Shown here: piece after piece, positions 1-8,640 of the stretch
Layout: each line of letters begins with the position of its first letter
Numbering within the stretch: position 1 is the first letter of the stretch
Source of the DNA: Gammaproteobacteria bacterium
GTDB taxonomy: Bacteria > Pseudomonadota > Gammaproteobacteria > Acidiferrobacterales > SPGG2
DNA length: 64,000 bases
NCBI GenBank assembly: GCA_029861845.1
Contig: JAOTYM010000001.1
Span: forward strand, 16,137 to 80,136
Direction: 5' to 3'
Notes under the pieces: generated by a model
Databases searched by the model: none
What the model was told of the DNA's origin: nothing
What the model saw: only the letters and a program-made list of their open reading frames with translations
Program-made: the position numbers and the translations under genes

Positions 1-107
1 GCACTCGAGAGGTCGTTGTACTCTCTAAAATGATGTCAAGCCGTTGTTGGCCTTCACGAACTACTCGTCAGTGAAAGCCTCCTTGACGCGCAGCCCCCTG
101 CATCGAA

Positions 108-767
108 TCACTCTGGTCGGCGGAACAGCATCGCGTAGTCGCTGCGGAACCAATCGTCGATTCGGCGAACGAGCTCAAAGCCGTTCGCGGTCATTTCCTC
201 AATCAGTTGATCCTTGGGTGTCCCGTGACCGCCGCGCCGCTCGGGAATGCCAGGTAGAGTGCGCGTAGGGGCGCCCGGCGCCCCGGGTTGGAAATCGATG
301 ACGAGGATCAGGCCACCGGGGCGCAACGACGCGAACATGCTCCGATCCATATCATTCGGATCCGCGAAGTGGTGGTAGACGCGCCGAAGAAGGATCGCGT
401 CACAGCACTGCTCCGGTAGCTTGGTGTCCGTAATGGTGCCCTCGATCACCGTGACGTTCTGGAGTGCAGCACCGGCGACGGTCTTTTCGATGGCACGCAG
501 GCGCTCTGGCTTGATTTCGGTGGAATAGACCCGGCCTGTCTTGCCAACGCGTCGCGCCAGGTCGACGGTCCACCGGCCATCTCCGGCGCCGACATCCGCA
601 ACGACGGCACCCTCTTTGATCTCCAGAACTTGAGCGATCCGGTCGCGTTCGTCCGCCTCGGCGTGAGGAACCATCATTAGGCAGTAATACGCCGAGAGTA
701 GTACTACCTTAATTGGGGTCGTGTTCAGTGCAACGGTCCGAGTTCGGAAAATCATTGGCCTCGACAT
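108..767 (-). CDS. Class I SAM-dependent methyltransferase with N-terminal hydrophobic segment
   Basis: 219-aa ORF. Motif I 'VADVGAGDGRWTVDLA' and post-I acidic residue pattern typical of Rossmann-fold methyltransferases. Hydrophobic N-terminus. Confidence 0.7.
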   Translation of the reverse strand: MSRPMIFRTRTVALNTTPIKVVLLSAYYCLMMVPHAEADERDRIAQVLEIKEGAVVADVGAGDGRWTVDLARRVGKTGRVYSTEIKPERLRAIEKTVAGAALQNVTVIEGTITDTKLPEQCCDAILLRRVYHHFADPNDMDRSMFASLRPGGLILVIDFQPGAPGAPTRTLPGIPERRGGHGTPKDQLIEEMTANGFELVRRIDDWFRSDYAMLFRRPE

Positions 768-928
768 GATCTGTTACAGGTCTTGAGAATTGTACCAACC
801 CTCGGATCGTTAGACCCTTAACTAATCGAAATTGTTGTGGGGAATGCCTGCCATAGCTGTAGTCATAAATCGGTCACAGTTTAAGGCAGGGAAGTAGGAA
901 CGGAGAAGAAGTAAGTCTTTGTTTTAGT

Positions 929-1092
929 TGGTGGGCCGTGCTGGAATCGAACCAGCGACCCCCTGATTAAAAGGTGGATGCTCAAACGTTGTGTTTCAAT
1001 GAATTGAGTGTGAATTGCCAAATATTTCGCTTGGTTTCTACGTCGTTTTAAATCAGATCATTATGTTTTATTTAGCCGCGGATATTTGGCAG
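929..1092 (-). repeat. Junction module copy A: 45-nt 3' half of tRNA-Lys plus ~120-bp conserved element arm (attL-like)
   Basis: 'tggtgggccgtgctggaatcgaaccagcgacc' matches the intact tRNA at 26789. Continues as 'ggatgctcaaacgttgtgtttcaat...attgccaaatatttcgc...gcggatatttggcag', as in the copies at 8046 and 21907. More diverged than those two. Confidence 0.8.
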
Positions 1093-1552
1093 TGTCATAG
1101 GCATGGTCACATTTAAGCCAGGTTCAAAGCTTCCTATCTTAAACAAATTCTTGCCATACAGCCTAAATAAACCAGCTCATCTGTTACCCTGGTATACACA
1201 GACTGATTTGGTTTCGCGTGCCATCCATAGAGCCGCCGATATTCCCACGGTGGATTAGGTTTGCGCTCTCGACCAAACTCCAGGCCCAATGCCCGTCTCT
1301 CCATTTCTTGGACCATACAACGCTGAGGTGCGCACTAGATCGTCTCTAACCTCGAACGAGCGTGGGAGATTACTGGCGAGAGCGAAGACCGATTAACAGG
1401 GCTATGATTTAGATTTCACAGAGGGTGGCAAGGCAGTTTAAGATTAAGAATTGCCTTCTTGGCTTCCTCGCCGGTGGCTGTCAGATTAATTCGTATTTAC
1501 GACATCGAGCGGGATATTGTTTGTAGGTGATCGAGACGACCAAACATAACTG

Positions 1553-2272
1553 ATGATTAGACGGAACATTTTTATCGAAGAACCGCGCCGATGGCTGATC
1601 GCATTCCGGACGATTGCTGTCATGGTCTCGATCGCCGGAGGTGTACTAGCGGCCTCAATCATCTATGCGGTGTACTCGGGGCATTACATAAGCTTCTTTG
1701 GTGCCAGCATCGGCCAAACAGACCAGAGTCTACTTGCCAGAATCGAAACGCTGGAACAGGAATTGGCGAAGCGGCCCATGAGAGACGAGGTAAAGAAACT
1801 CAAGATAGACGTGGAGAAGGCGAAAGCCGAGGCGGTGAACGCGTTGGTGCAATCGGATCTTCCTGATCTTTGGGAGCCTCATGAGTCGAAGGCGCAAATA
1901 ATTGGGAAAATCACAGCGATGAGTAAGATAGCCGATGCTTATAATGAGGTCACTCAGAGCATGGAGTTCGTCTTCGTGGAGCTAGAGCGCGCGATCACTA
2001 GATCGGGCGGCTACATCAATACCAACGAGGGAACGGAGAGCGGCCCGAACGTCTTGCGCTTAATCCAGAGGGCGCTTGCGTCTATTAATGCTTTCGAGGG
2101 TACGCCGGACGGCGAACAGAGCTCTACCAATAAGGCACTCGAGACGTTTCAAGCAACGTACAATGCAGGGCTGTCGCCTGACGAAATACAGCTGAGGCCG
2201 TTGGGCTTCTTCGGGCCGCGCACCCTATCGATCATGCGCGATCGATACTGGCGCCATGACGCGGGAGCATAA
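1553..2272 (+). CDS. Membrane-anchored coiled-coil protein with possible peptidoglycan-binding-like C-terminus
   Basis: 239-aa ORF. One N-terminal TM helix, then a charged heptad-like region ('LARIETLEQELAKRPMRDEVKKLKIDVEKAKAEA'). The C-terminal 'VLRLIQRALASINAFEGTPDG...ALETFQ' resembles the PG_binding_1 pattern. Confidence 0.45.
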   Translation: MIRRNIFIEEPRRWLIAFRTIAVMVSIAGGVLAASIIYAVYSGHYISFFGASIGQTDQSLLARIETLEQELAKRPMRDEVKKLKIDVEKAKAEAVNALVQSDLPDLWEPHESKAQIIGKITAMSKIADAYNEVTQSMEFVFVELERAITRSGGYINTNEGTESGPNVLRLIQRALASINAFEGTPDGEQSSTNKALETFQATYNAGLSPDEIQLRPLGFFGPRTLSIMRDRYWRHDAGA

Positions 2273-2785
2273 ACGCCCGATTGCGAGTTGCCAGAATAGC
2301 GGCACAGATCGCTTCTCGTCTGGCTTGGTCCGCTGGCTTACAATTTACCTGAGTCTACTCGTGCTAACCTCCTGTGTGGCCGCGGTACCGTCGCGTCGGC
2401 CGGCATCGCCCACCGCAGAGGTTTTGGTTGCACCCCGCCTCGATCCGCAAGCTGTCGTCTTCACCGACCAGAGTCAGCTCGGCCATACAAGCTACATAAG
2501 CCCGCTCTACATCACCACTCTTCTGAGCCTGCTTCTTGCAGAACTCCTGCACTACTCGGAAATGTGTTTCCTAGGGCGTAGGTTGGATGGCAACCCAAGC
2601 CTGTGACACTTGACTGAGTCATGACCAAGACTGTCTATATCGTATCCGGTACGCCACACTGGCAGATATTTCGGGTGCTATAGAAGTCAAGCAACCGCGG
2701 TTCCCAAAATTCGGCAAGTGTGAACAGTCGGCCTGAGCGATCTGCGCTGCCGGCGTTTTTCAGGTCCTTGTCACCACAGTTGTGG

Positions 2786-3718
2786 CTACAGACTCTGCTG
2801 TAGAGCAACTTGATTATCGTACTCGCGCCGTACGTTATCGAGGTACTCTTCACGAGGGAGTTCGTGCAACTGTCTCTTGTAAGCTTCGGTCTCATCAAAC
2901 CATAGTTCGGCACGGCGCTCAAAGGCCTCCTTACCCGTCAACGTTTGGGATTCGAGAAACACTCTAATTGCGAGCAGATAGCGGACGACATTACGCTCGA
3001 CAACGCCCTGTATACCCCTAACATATTGTGGCTCGCCGTCTCTGTCGTAACGGGACACGGTAAATCCCTCTTTGTGTCGACCAAGGGTCGCCAAATATAA
3101 TTTTCCGAGTCTCCTCGCCACCTTACCGAATCGCTGCGAAACCCTCAGCTCACTGTAGACGCCGCCGGTTGTCGGTATTGCGTAGAGGTCAATGTGATAA
3201 TGGAAGGTGCCATAAGGCCCCTTCTTTGAGTACAGATTGACGCTAAGCAAGTCCTGCGTATGCTTGCTGTTGAAGTGAAGGGTCAGGGGTTTGGCTTTCT
3301 TGGGAGGCTGGTAGTGTTTCCTGCCAAGGTATAATGTTATCTCTCGACGATCACTGCCGTTTGCAACTGATACACATGCCTTTACGTTTAGGTGCAGCGG
3401 CATGAAGCCACACCATGCAGCCGGCTCGCCCAGTATCGTAGCCAATTCGGCCAACGATCGCCCTGCCATCTCGACCCCCATTCGGGCTACGAACGTACTT
3501 TTTTCAAGCTTCGTAGTCTCTAAGAAGAACGGGATATCCGAATCGTTTCGCTGCTTCCACGATTGGTACGCGGCATGGTTTCTCCGTAGCTCGTCAAGGC
3601 TAGGGGGACCTGCGGCAGCGATCCCAACACAGAAGCTTAATATCAGCGTCGGCGTCAGAAGCATCGCCGCCAACGACATCTTCATCGAACTTTTCATCCG
3701 TCTCTTCCGTTGCCGCAC
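2786..3718 (-). CDS. Secreted hypothetical protein
   Basis: 310-aa ORF with a basic N-terminus plus hydrophobic signal-like segment ('MKMSLAAMLLTPTLILSFCVGIAAAG'). No family recognised. Confidence 0.5.
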   Translation of the reverse strand: MRQRKRRMKSSMKMSLAAMLLTPTLILSFCVGIAAAGPPSLDELRRNHAAYQSWKQRNDSDIPFFLETTKLEKSTFVARMGVEMAGRSLAELATILGEPAAWCGFMPLHLNVKACVSVANGSDRREITLYLGRKHYQPPKKAKPLTLHFNSKHTQDLLSVNLYSKKGPYGTFHYHIDLYAIPTTGGVYSELRVSQRFGKVARRLGKLYLATLGRHKEGFTVSRYDRDGEPQYVRGIQGVVERNVVRYLLAIRVFLESQTLTGKEAFERRAELWFDETEAYKRQLHELPREEYLDNVRREYDNQVALQQSL

Positions 3719-3840
3719 TACGGCTACGGATAGTTTACGACCTAGTGACCTTTACTACGAACCGTAGCGTTGTTCCACATCGCTCCCGGCGATACTGATC
3801 AAACGCCTTATGATTTCGTCGGGAGTTCGAACCTCCCGTG

Positions 3841-3880
3841 CTAAAAAAGCGAAGTTCACACATGGTGAACTTTGCTTTTT
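3841..3880 (-). terminator. Rho-independent terminator (bidirectional hairpin) downstream of the 4066..4767 methyltransferase
   Basis: 14-bp stem 'aaagcgaagttcac'/'gtgaactttgcttt' (one G:T pair) with a 5-nt loop. Flanked by an A6 run on one side and a T5 run on the other. Confidence 0.7.
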
Positions 3881-4065
3881 CTTAGCGCACCCGGAGAGTA
3901 TTTGATCGAGAAACCAACTACCGGGACGCCCGTTGCGTAATTTGCCGTACTGTGCAGGCCCGTGCACGACTCATCCCCACAAAATCTCCCCACATGGCTT
4001 AGACAGTAAACATGCCGGCTCGCAGCTGTGGCGGTAGGGTACCGGGTCTTGATTCTCACCACGGC

Positions 4066-4767
4066 CTATTCAGCCTTCTTCGCCACAATAAACACGGCTT
4101 TGCCTTTTCCCGGTTGCCATTGGTAGTCAATCTGAAAACCGGCATCGGTCAAACTGTCTTCCAGTTCTTTCGTGGTGAAGACCATAACCTGCGGCATCAA
4201 ACCGAAGAATCTTCCAATCGGCACGATAACCTTTAAGAACCTCATCATCGTGTCCCCAATGCATGCCGTACTGGTGACGAATATGCCGCCCGGTTTGAGC
4301 ATTTTGTGCACCTTGGCAATTACCTTTTCCTTGTTATCCAGCAAGTGCAAAATACTGAGCCCCAACACGACATCCAAGGTTTGATCGGCAACGCTGATTT
4401 CCTCGACGGTCGATTGTTCGAAAGTAACGTTTTCGACGTTTTCTGCGTCAGCTTTACCTTGGGCGATTTCGATCATTTTCGATGAGATATCGATGGCGTG
4501 AATGTGTTTCACATAAGGCGCATGGGTGATGGCGGTCGACCCCGTTCCACAGCCAAACTCCAATACCTCCATATCCGGCCGAAAGTGCTCGCGTGTGACC
4601 TGCAGTTTTTTCTGATAGGCCGCTTCATCAGCGATGGGTTGTTTTGAATAGCGCTCTGCAATCTTGTCCCAAAACTTAGTTGACTGATCCACCATCATCC
4701 CCTGCTTATTTGACTGAGACCATGCGCGCTCATCGCTAGACTCGACCAAGTCGCTCGAAGTCATCAA
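4066..4767 (-). CDS. Class I SAM-dependent methyltransferase
   Basis: 233-aa ORF. Motif I 'VLEFGCGTGSTA', plus 'LKPGGIFV'. The real start may be the internal 'MMVDQSTKFWDKIAERY' (around 4698). Confidence 0.75.
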   Translation of the reverse strand: MMTSSDLVESSDERAWSQSNKQGMMVDQSTKFWDKIAERYSKQPIADEAAYQKKLQVTREHFRPDMEVLEFGCGTGSTAITHAPYVKHIHAIDISSKMIEIAQGKADAENVENVTFEQSTVEEISVADQTLDVVLGLSILHLLDNKEKVIAKVHKMLKPGGIFVTSTACIGDTMMRFLKVIVPIGRFFGLMPQVMVFTTKELEDSLTDAGFQIDYQWQPGKGKAVFIVAKKAE

Positions 4768-4864
4768 TTAAAACACGAAAATCGTAATGTAATGACCAAA
4801 ATAAAACGCGTTGAGCGCGGTTCATGACGTTTGTGGTCTCCGTTGTGCGTACGCTTCTTGTTTG

Positions 4865-5293
4865 TCAGAAGCCCTGTGACCGGGTTTCTTTGCCAGTATT
4901 AACGAAGCGCCGCGATCTGACGAAAGCGCGGACGCAAACCAGTCCAATGACCAACTCCAAAACGGCTGCCTGAACAAGCCGTTCAGCTGGCAATCCATCC
5001 ACTGCCATGCTCAGAATCCGGGATAAACCGTAGGAAAAGTAGAGCAACGTGGATACCACCGCGGAAGTAAATGTCAGTTTGGCGACGAAGGTGCCTGACA
5101 TGATCAGTATGCCGCTTGCCATTAGTGCGCCGCCAGGAGCTCGAACTTCACTCAGTAACGAGCTGTTACCACCCAAGTCGATGCCGTTGGTGGCATGAAA
5201 TGCCGCGGGTAAGAACAGAATCGCTCCGCCAATTCCGGTTGCAATCAGTCCGGAGAGGAAAAGTACCATTCTAAGAACTTTCGAATTTTTCAT
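4865..5293 (-). CDS. Small integral membrane protein (four predicted TM helices, DUF4345-like)
   Basis: 142-aa ORF made almost entirely of four hydrophobic stretches. The family name is from memory only. Confidence 0.5.
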   Translation of the reverse strand: MKNSKVLRMVLFLSGLIATGIGGAILFLPAAFHATNGIDLGGNSSLLSEVRAPGGALMASGILIMSGTFVAKLTFTSAVVSTLLYFSYGLSRILSMAVDGLPAERLVQAAVLELVIGLVCVRAFVRSRRFVNTGKETRSQGF

Positions 5294-5455
5294 GACTTTC
5301 GCCTCACGAAGTTGCGTTTCGCATTAAACGCAGGATGTACAACAGCGTTGCCGCCACCGTCCGAACGGTGTTCCACATCGTCCACCGGTCAAGGTAGAGC
5401 TTCTATAATTTGATGGCGTCGGGGTTCGTCGTCCCGATGACCGTGGTTAATTGAC

Positions 5456-6334
5456 TCATGCCGCAACCTCTTCTTCAATTGACGGTGCATTCCAGACACC
5501 CGTATCGGCGATCCGGCGCGCATACTCCGAGAAGTCTGTCGGCTCCCGACCCAGCGCTCGCTGGACACCATCGCACAGGTATGCGTTGCGACCGTCGAGC
5601 ACGGTGGAAAACAGGTAATCCAGCAACCACGCGATGTCATCCGGTGCGCCAGACTCGGCAATGCCGACTGCAAAGGCTTCTTTCGGAATCTGGATGTAGT
5701 CGATAACGCGTCCGCTGGCTAGGGCAATCTCTCCCGCTACCTCAGCAAACGTCAGCATCCGGGGTCCCGTCACTTCGTAGATCTCGCCGGCGTGGCCGTC
5801 TTCGGTTAGCGCCGCGACAGCGACATCAGCTATGTCATCCACGTCGACGAACGGCTCCGGGACATCCCCGGCTGGCAGCGCGATCGCGCCGTCCAGTACC
5901 ATGCCGAGAAATTCGCCGTCCGAGAAATTCTGGTTGAACCAGCTGGCGCGAACCACAGTCCATTCGATACCCGCTTCCTGGACGATCCGTTCGCAAAGCT
6001 GTGCCTCTTCTTCGCCGCGGCCGGACAACAGAACAAGGCGCTGGACACCCTGCTCCACGGCTTTTTCGACAAAGTCGCGGATGGCGTCCGTGGCGCCTGG
6101 AATCGCGAGGTCCGGTGCATAGCTCACGTACGCCGCGGTAACGCCATCGAGCGCCGCGTCCCAAGTGCTCTGGTCGTTCCAATCGAAGCTTGGATCGGCT
6201 GATCGGGATGCGACGCGCGTGGCTACACCACGGCTTGTCAGTCGATCTACCACGCGACGGCCGGTTTTACCGGTGCCGCCCAGAACGAGGGTCATTCCGT
6301 CAGATGGTGTGATGCTGTTCATGTCGACTTTCAT
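5456..6334 (-). CDS. NmrA-like / atypical SDR NAD(P)-binding protein
   Basis: 292-aa ORF. N-terminal Rossmann motif 'VLGGTGKTGRRVVDRL'. Overall NmrA-family layout. Divergent from a TetR gene. Confidence 0.7.
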   Translation of the reverse strand: MKVDMNSITPSDGMTLVLGGTGKTGRRVVDRLTSRGVATRVASRSADPSFDWNDQSTWDAALDGVTAAYVSYAPDLAIPGATDAIRDFVEKAVEQGVQRLVLLSGRGEEEAQLCERIVQEAGIEWTVVRASWFNQNFSDGEFLGMVLDGAIALPAGDVPEPFVDVDDIADVAVAALTEDGHAGEIYEVTGPRMLTFAEVAGEIALASGRVIDYIQIPKEAFAVGIAESGAPDDIAWLLDYLFSTVLDGRNAYLCDGVQRALGREPTDFSEYARRIADTGVWNAPSIEEEVAA

Positions 6335-6354
6335 CGTTCTCTCCTGTTGTTAAC

Positions 6355-6412
6355 TTGACACTGTGTCAATTGACACGGTGTTAACCTTAGGGCAGAATTG
6401 ACACCATGTCAA
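6355..6412. promoter_or_regulatory. Probable TetR operator sites in the NmrA/TetR divergent intergenic region
   Basis: Perfect 15-bp palindrome 'ttgacactgtgtcaa' (6355-6369). A third 'ttgacac' half-site at 6370-6376. Near-perfect palindrome 'ttgacaccatgtcaa' (6398-6412) covering the TetR ATG at 6406. Confidence 0.6.
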
Positions 6413-6999
6413 GTGAAAATATCGAAACCCGCACACGGATCCTGGAAGCAACGGTCCGCATGCTTGAAGAGCACGGGGGACGTGGCGTGCGAATGGGTGA
6501 TATCGCCAAGGAATCCGAGATCTCCCGCCAGGCGGTTTACCTACACTTTGCGTCGCGTACGGAGTTGCTGGTGGCGGCAACGAGGTATCTTGACGAGGTG
6601 CTGGACGTGGATCGCCGACTCGCCCCGTCACGAGCGGCGACGTCTGGCGTCGAACGTCTTGCTCTGTATATCGAGTGTTGGGGTAACTACATCCCGGACA
6701 TCTTCGGCGTGGCCAAAGCGCTCTTGCTGGCGCAAGACACGGACGAGGCGGCGGCTGCAGCCTGGCAAGACCGCATGCTGGCGATGCGAGAAGGCTGCCG
6801 CGCGGCGATCGAAGCGCTGCACGCCGACGGCACCCTTACACCCGAATGGTCGCCCAAGAAAGCCACGGATGCTTTATGGACGATGCTCTTGGTGCCGAAT
6901 TGGGAGCACCTCACAATAAAGTGCGGCTGGTCAACCAAAGCGTATGTACGCTACATGAAGACCTTGGCTCAACGGACTTTTGTAGTGGATTCAAAGTAA
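6406..6999 (+). CDS. TetR/AcrR family transcriptional regulator
   Basis: 197-aa ORF. N-terminal HTH 'RMGDIAKESEISRQAVYLHFASRTELL' is typical of TetR_N. Confidence 0.8.
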   Translation: MSSENIETRTRILEATVRMLEEHGGRGVRMGDIAKESEISRQAVYLHFASRTELLVAATRYLDEVLDVDRRLAPSRAATSGVERLALYIECWGNYIPDIFGVAKALLLAQDTDEAAAAAWQDRMLAMREGCRAAIEALHADGTLTPEWSPKKATDALWTMLLVPNWEHLTIKCGWSTKAYVRYMKTLAQRTFVVDSK

Positions 7000-7053
7000 T
7001 CTCGGTCGCAAACGAAAAGGGGCTTGCCCCAGTAGGCAAACCCTTGTTTTAAA

Positions 7054-7099
7054 TTGCGCGCCCGGAGAGATTCGAACTTCCGACCACCTGGTTCGTAGG
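7054..7099 (-). other. Degenerate 3' half of a tRNA-Arg(ACG), likely an att-site relic
   Basis: Reverse complement 'CCTACGAACCAGGTGGTCGGAAGTTCGAATCTCTCCGGGCGCGCAA' aligns by eye with the E. coli argQ 3' half 'GCTACGAACCGAGCGGTCGGAGGTTCGAATCCTCCCGGATGCACCA'. No 5' half is present, and the T-stem carries an indel. Confidence 0.6.
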
Positions 7100-7424
7100 A
7101 AGGTACCAGAAACGCAACTTACTGATTCGATTCAAACTGGCGGTGTCGACACCCGTTGCAAATATCACGACTGAGCATAACTGCGCACAACCGAGTCACA
7201 CAGATCTCACACAGCTGAGATTCTCACAAGGTCTGCTATCGCGTGACCGGCGATATCACTAGTTGCATCATCAGCCAATCCGCTCAAGGACTTCGGCTTG
7301 TGCGGATAGCCAATTGAAGAAAACGCCATGAAATCTTGATTCAGCGCAATGCAATTGCGCCCAAGCGGAATTATCGTTCAATAATTACATAACGAATGTC
7401 GTCACAAAGGAGAGGAGGTAGACC

Positions 7425-7970
7425 ATGCCTGTTCATCTGGAGCCGCGAGACGTTTCTGCTGACCTTGAAAACTTCAACTCGGTTTTGATTGTCTCTTGTC
7501 CCGTTTGTCCGCCGATGTGTCTGGCGATGCAGCAGAACTTGCCGTTCATTGAGTTCTTCAAGCGGGGCCTCAAGACAGGGGCTTTCGAAGACTACATCCA
7601 GTCTATTCGCAAACCGCTCGAGCAACGCGGCATGCCAACCGGCGCGTATTCCATACACACGCCAACTCCGATGATGTGCCTTTGGACCAAGGGGCAGCGC
7701 CGCCGATTGCTGAAACGCGCCCGGGACTATGAGGCGGTGCTCGTATTGGGGTGCGATTCTGCCGCATATACCGCGCAGGAAGCCCTCAAGAATACCACCT
7801 GCCAAGTCATTCAAGGGATGCGGATGATCGGTACCACAAACGCTACCCTAAAGGTTCGGTTTCCCATGACGATTGACCTCGACATGCATTGTGTGCTGAA
7901 GAACGGCGAGGCGCGCCAGCACAAGACCAACGTGGGCGCGAGCCAGGAAATCGAGAAGATGGCATCATGA
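7425..7970 (+). CDS. Cys-rich hypothetical protein
   Basis: 181-aa ORF preceded by a strong RBS 'aaaggagaggagg'. Contains a 'SCPVCPPMC' cluster and further Cys residues. No family recognised. Confidence 0.55.
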   Translation: MPVHLEPRDVSADLENFNSVLIVSCPVCPPMCLAMQQNLPFIEFFKRGLKTGAFEDYIQSIRKPLEQRGMPTGAYSIHTPTPMMCLWTKGQRRRLLKRARDYEAVLVLGCDSAAYTAQEALKNTTCQVIQGMRMIGTTNATLKVRFPMTIDLDMHCVLKNGEARQHKTNVGASQEIEKMAS

Positions 7971-8045
7971 CGGAGAACGGTTCAATGAACGAAGGCCACA
8001 CCACACAAAAAGTAGGGGTAGCAAACCACTAGTTTTGGTGGGCCG

Positions 8046-8209
8046 TGCTGGAATCGAACCAGCGACCCTCTGATTAAAAGGCGGATGCTCAAACGTTGTG
8101 TTTCAATAACTTAAGTGCGAATTGCCAAATATTTCGCTGAGTTTGTACTTCGTTTTGAATCAAATCGTTAGGTTTTATTTGGCAGCGGATATTTGGCAGT
8201 TCCCTATTT
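8046..8209 (-). repeat. Junction module copy B: 45-nt tRNA-Lys 3' half plus conserved arm
   Basis: Differs from copy C (21907-22070) at about 4 positions by eye. Shares an extra 'agcaaaccactagtttt' immediately to the left with copy C. Confidence 0.85.
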
Positions 8210-8244
8210 TAGAAACAGACTAGAAACATGTAAGCTAGAAACAC

Positions 8245-8640
8245 ATGCCACGGCCAAAAGGACTCCCAAAGACAGGCGGGCGACAGCGAGGGTCGCTGAA
8301 TAAGCGTACCATCGCGCAGCAGAACCAAACAAAGACGATACGCCAGGCGGCCAAGGAAGCTGGTTCATCGCCGCTTGAGTACATGTTGCAGGTCATGCGA
8401 GATCCCGCAACGGAAGCCCAGCGTCGGGACGAAATGGCGAAGGCCGCTGCCCCCTACTGCCACGCCCGGCTGCAAGTCATTCAAGGCGGGGCGGAGGATC
8501 AAATTAACGATAAGAAGCCGATAAACCTGCTAGTGGTGGCGAGACAAGTAGCCTTGGCCTTACATCTGGCCGACAAGCAGCTAGAGCAACACCCATCTGT
8601 CGGAAAGGCGCAGCAGTTCCCGTCCTCGACTGAGTTGTGA
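8245..8640 (+). CDS. Phage/island-associated small basic protein
   Basis: 131-aa ORF. N-terminal 'MPRPKGLPKTGGRQRGSLNKRT' is a motif I associate with small proteins of phages and integrative elements. It is the first gene inside the element arm. Confidence 0.5.
   Translation: MPRPKGLPKTGGRQRGSLNKRTIAQQNQTKTIRQAAKEAGSSPLEYMLQVMRDPATEAQRRDEMAKAAAPYCHARLQVIQGGAEDQINDKKPINLLVVARQVALALHLADKQLEQHPSVGKAQQFPSSTEL

Noticed and set aside
1134-1316. A 60-aa ORF just inside the arm of junction copy A
   Set aside because: It has no RBS and no counterpart after copies B or C, and its composition is not convincing. Left unannotated.
3818-3842. A tRNA fragment, suggested by the T-arm-like 'gggagttcgaacctccc'
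   Set aside because: The upstream sequence cannot form an anticodon arm with U33. No acceptor-stem partner exists. The element sits next to a clear terminator hairpin and is more simply a second stem-loop.
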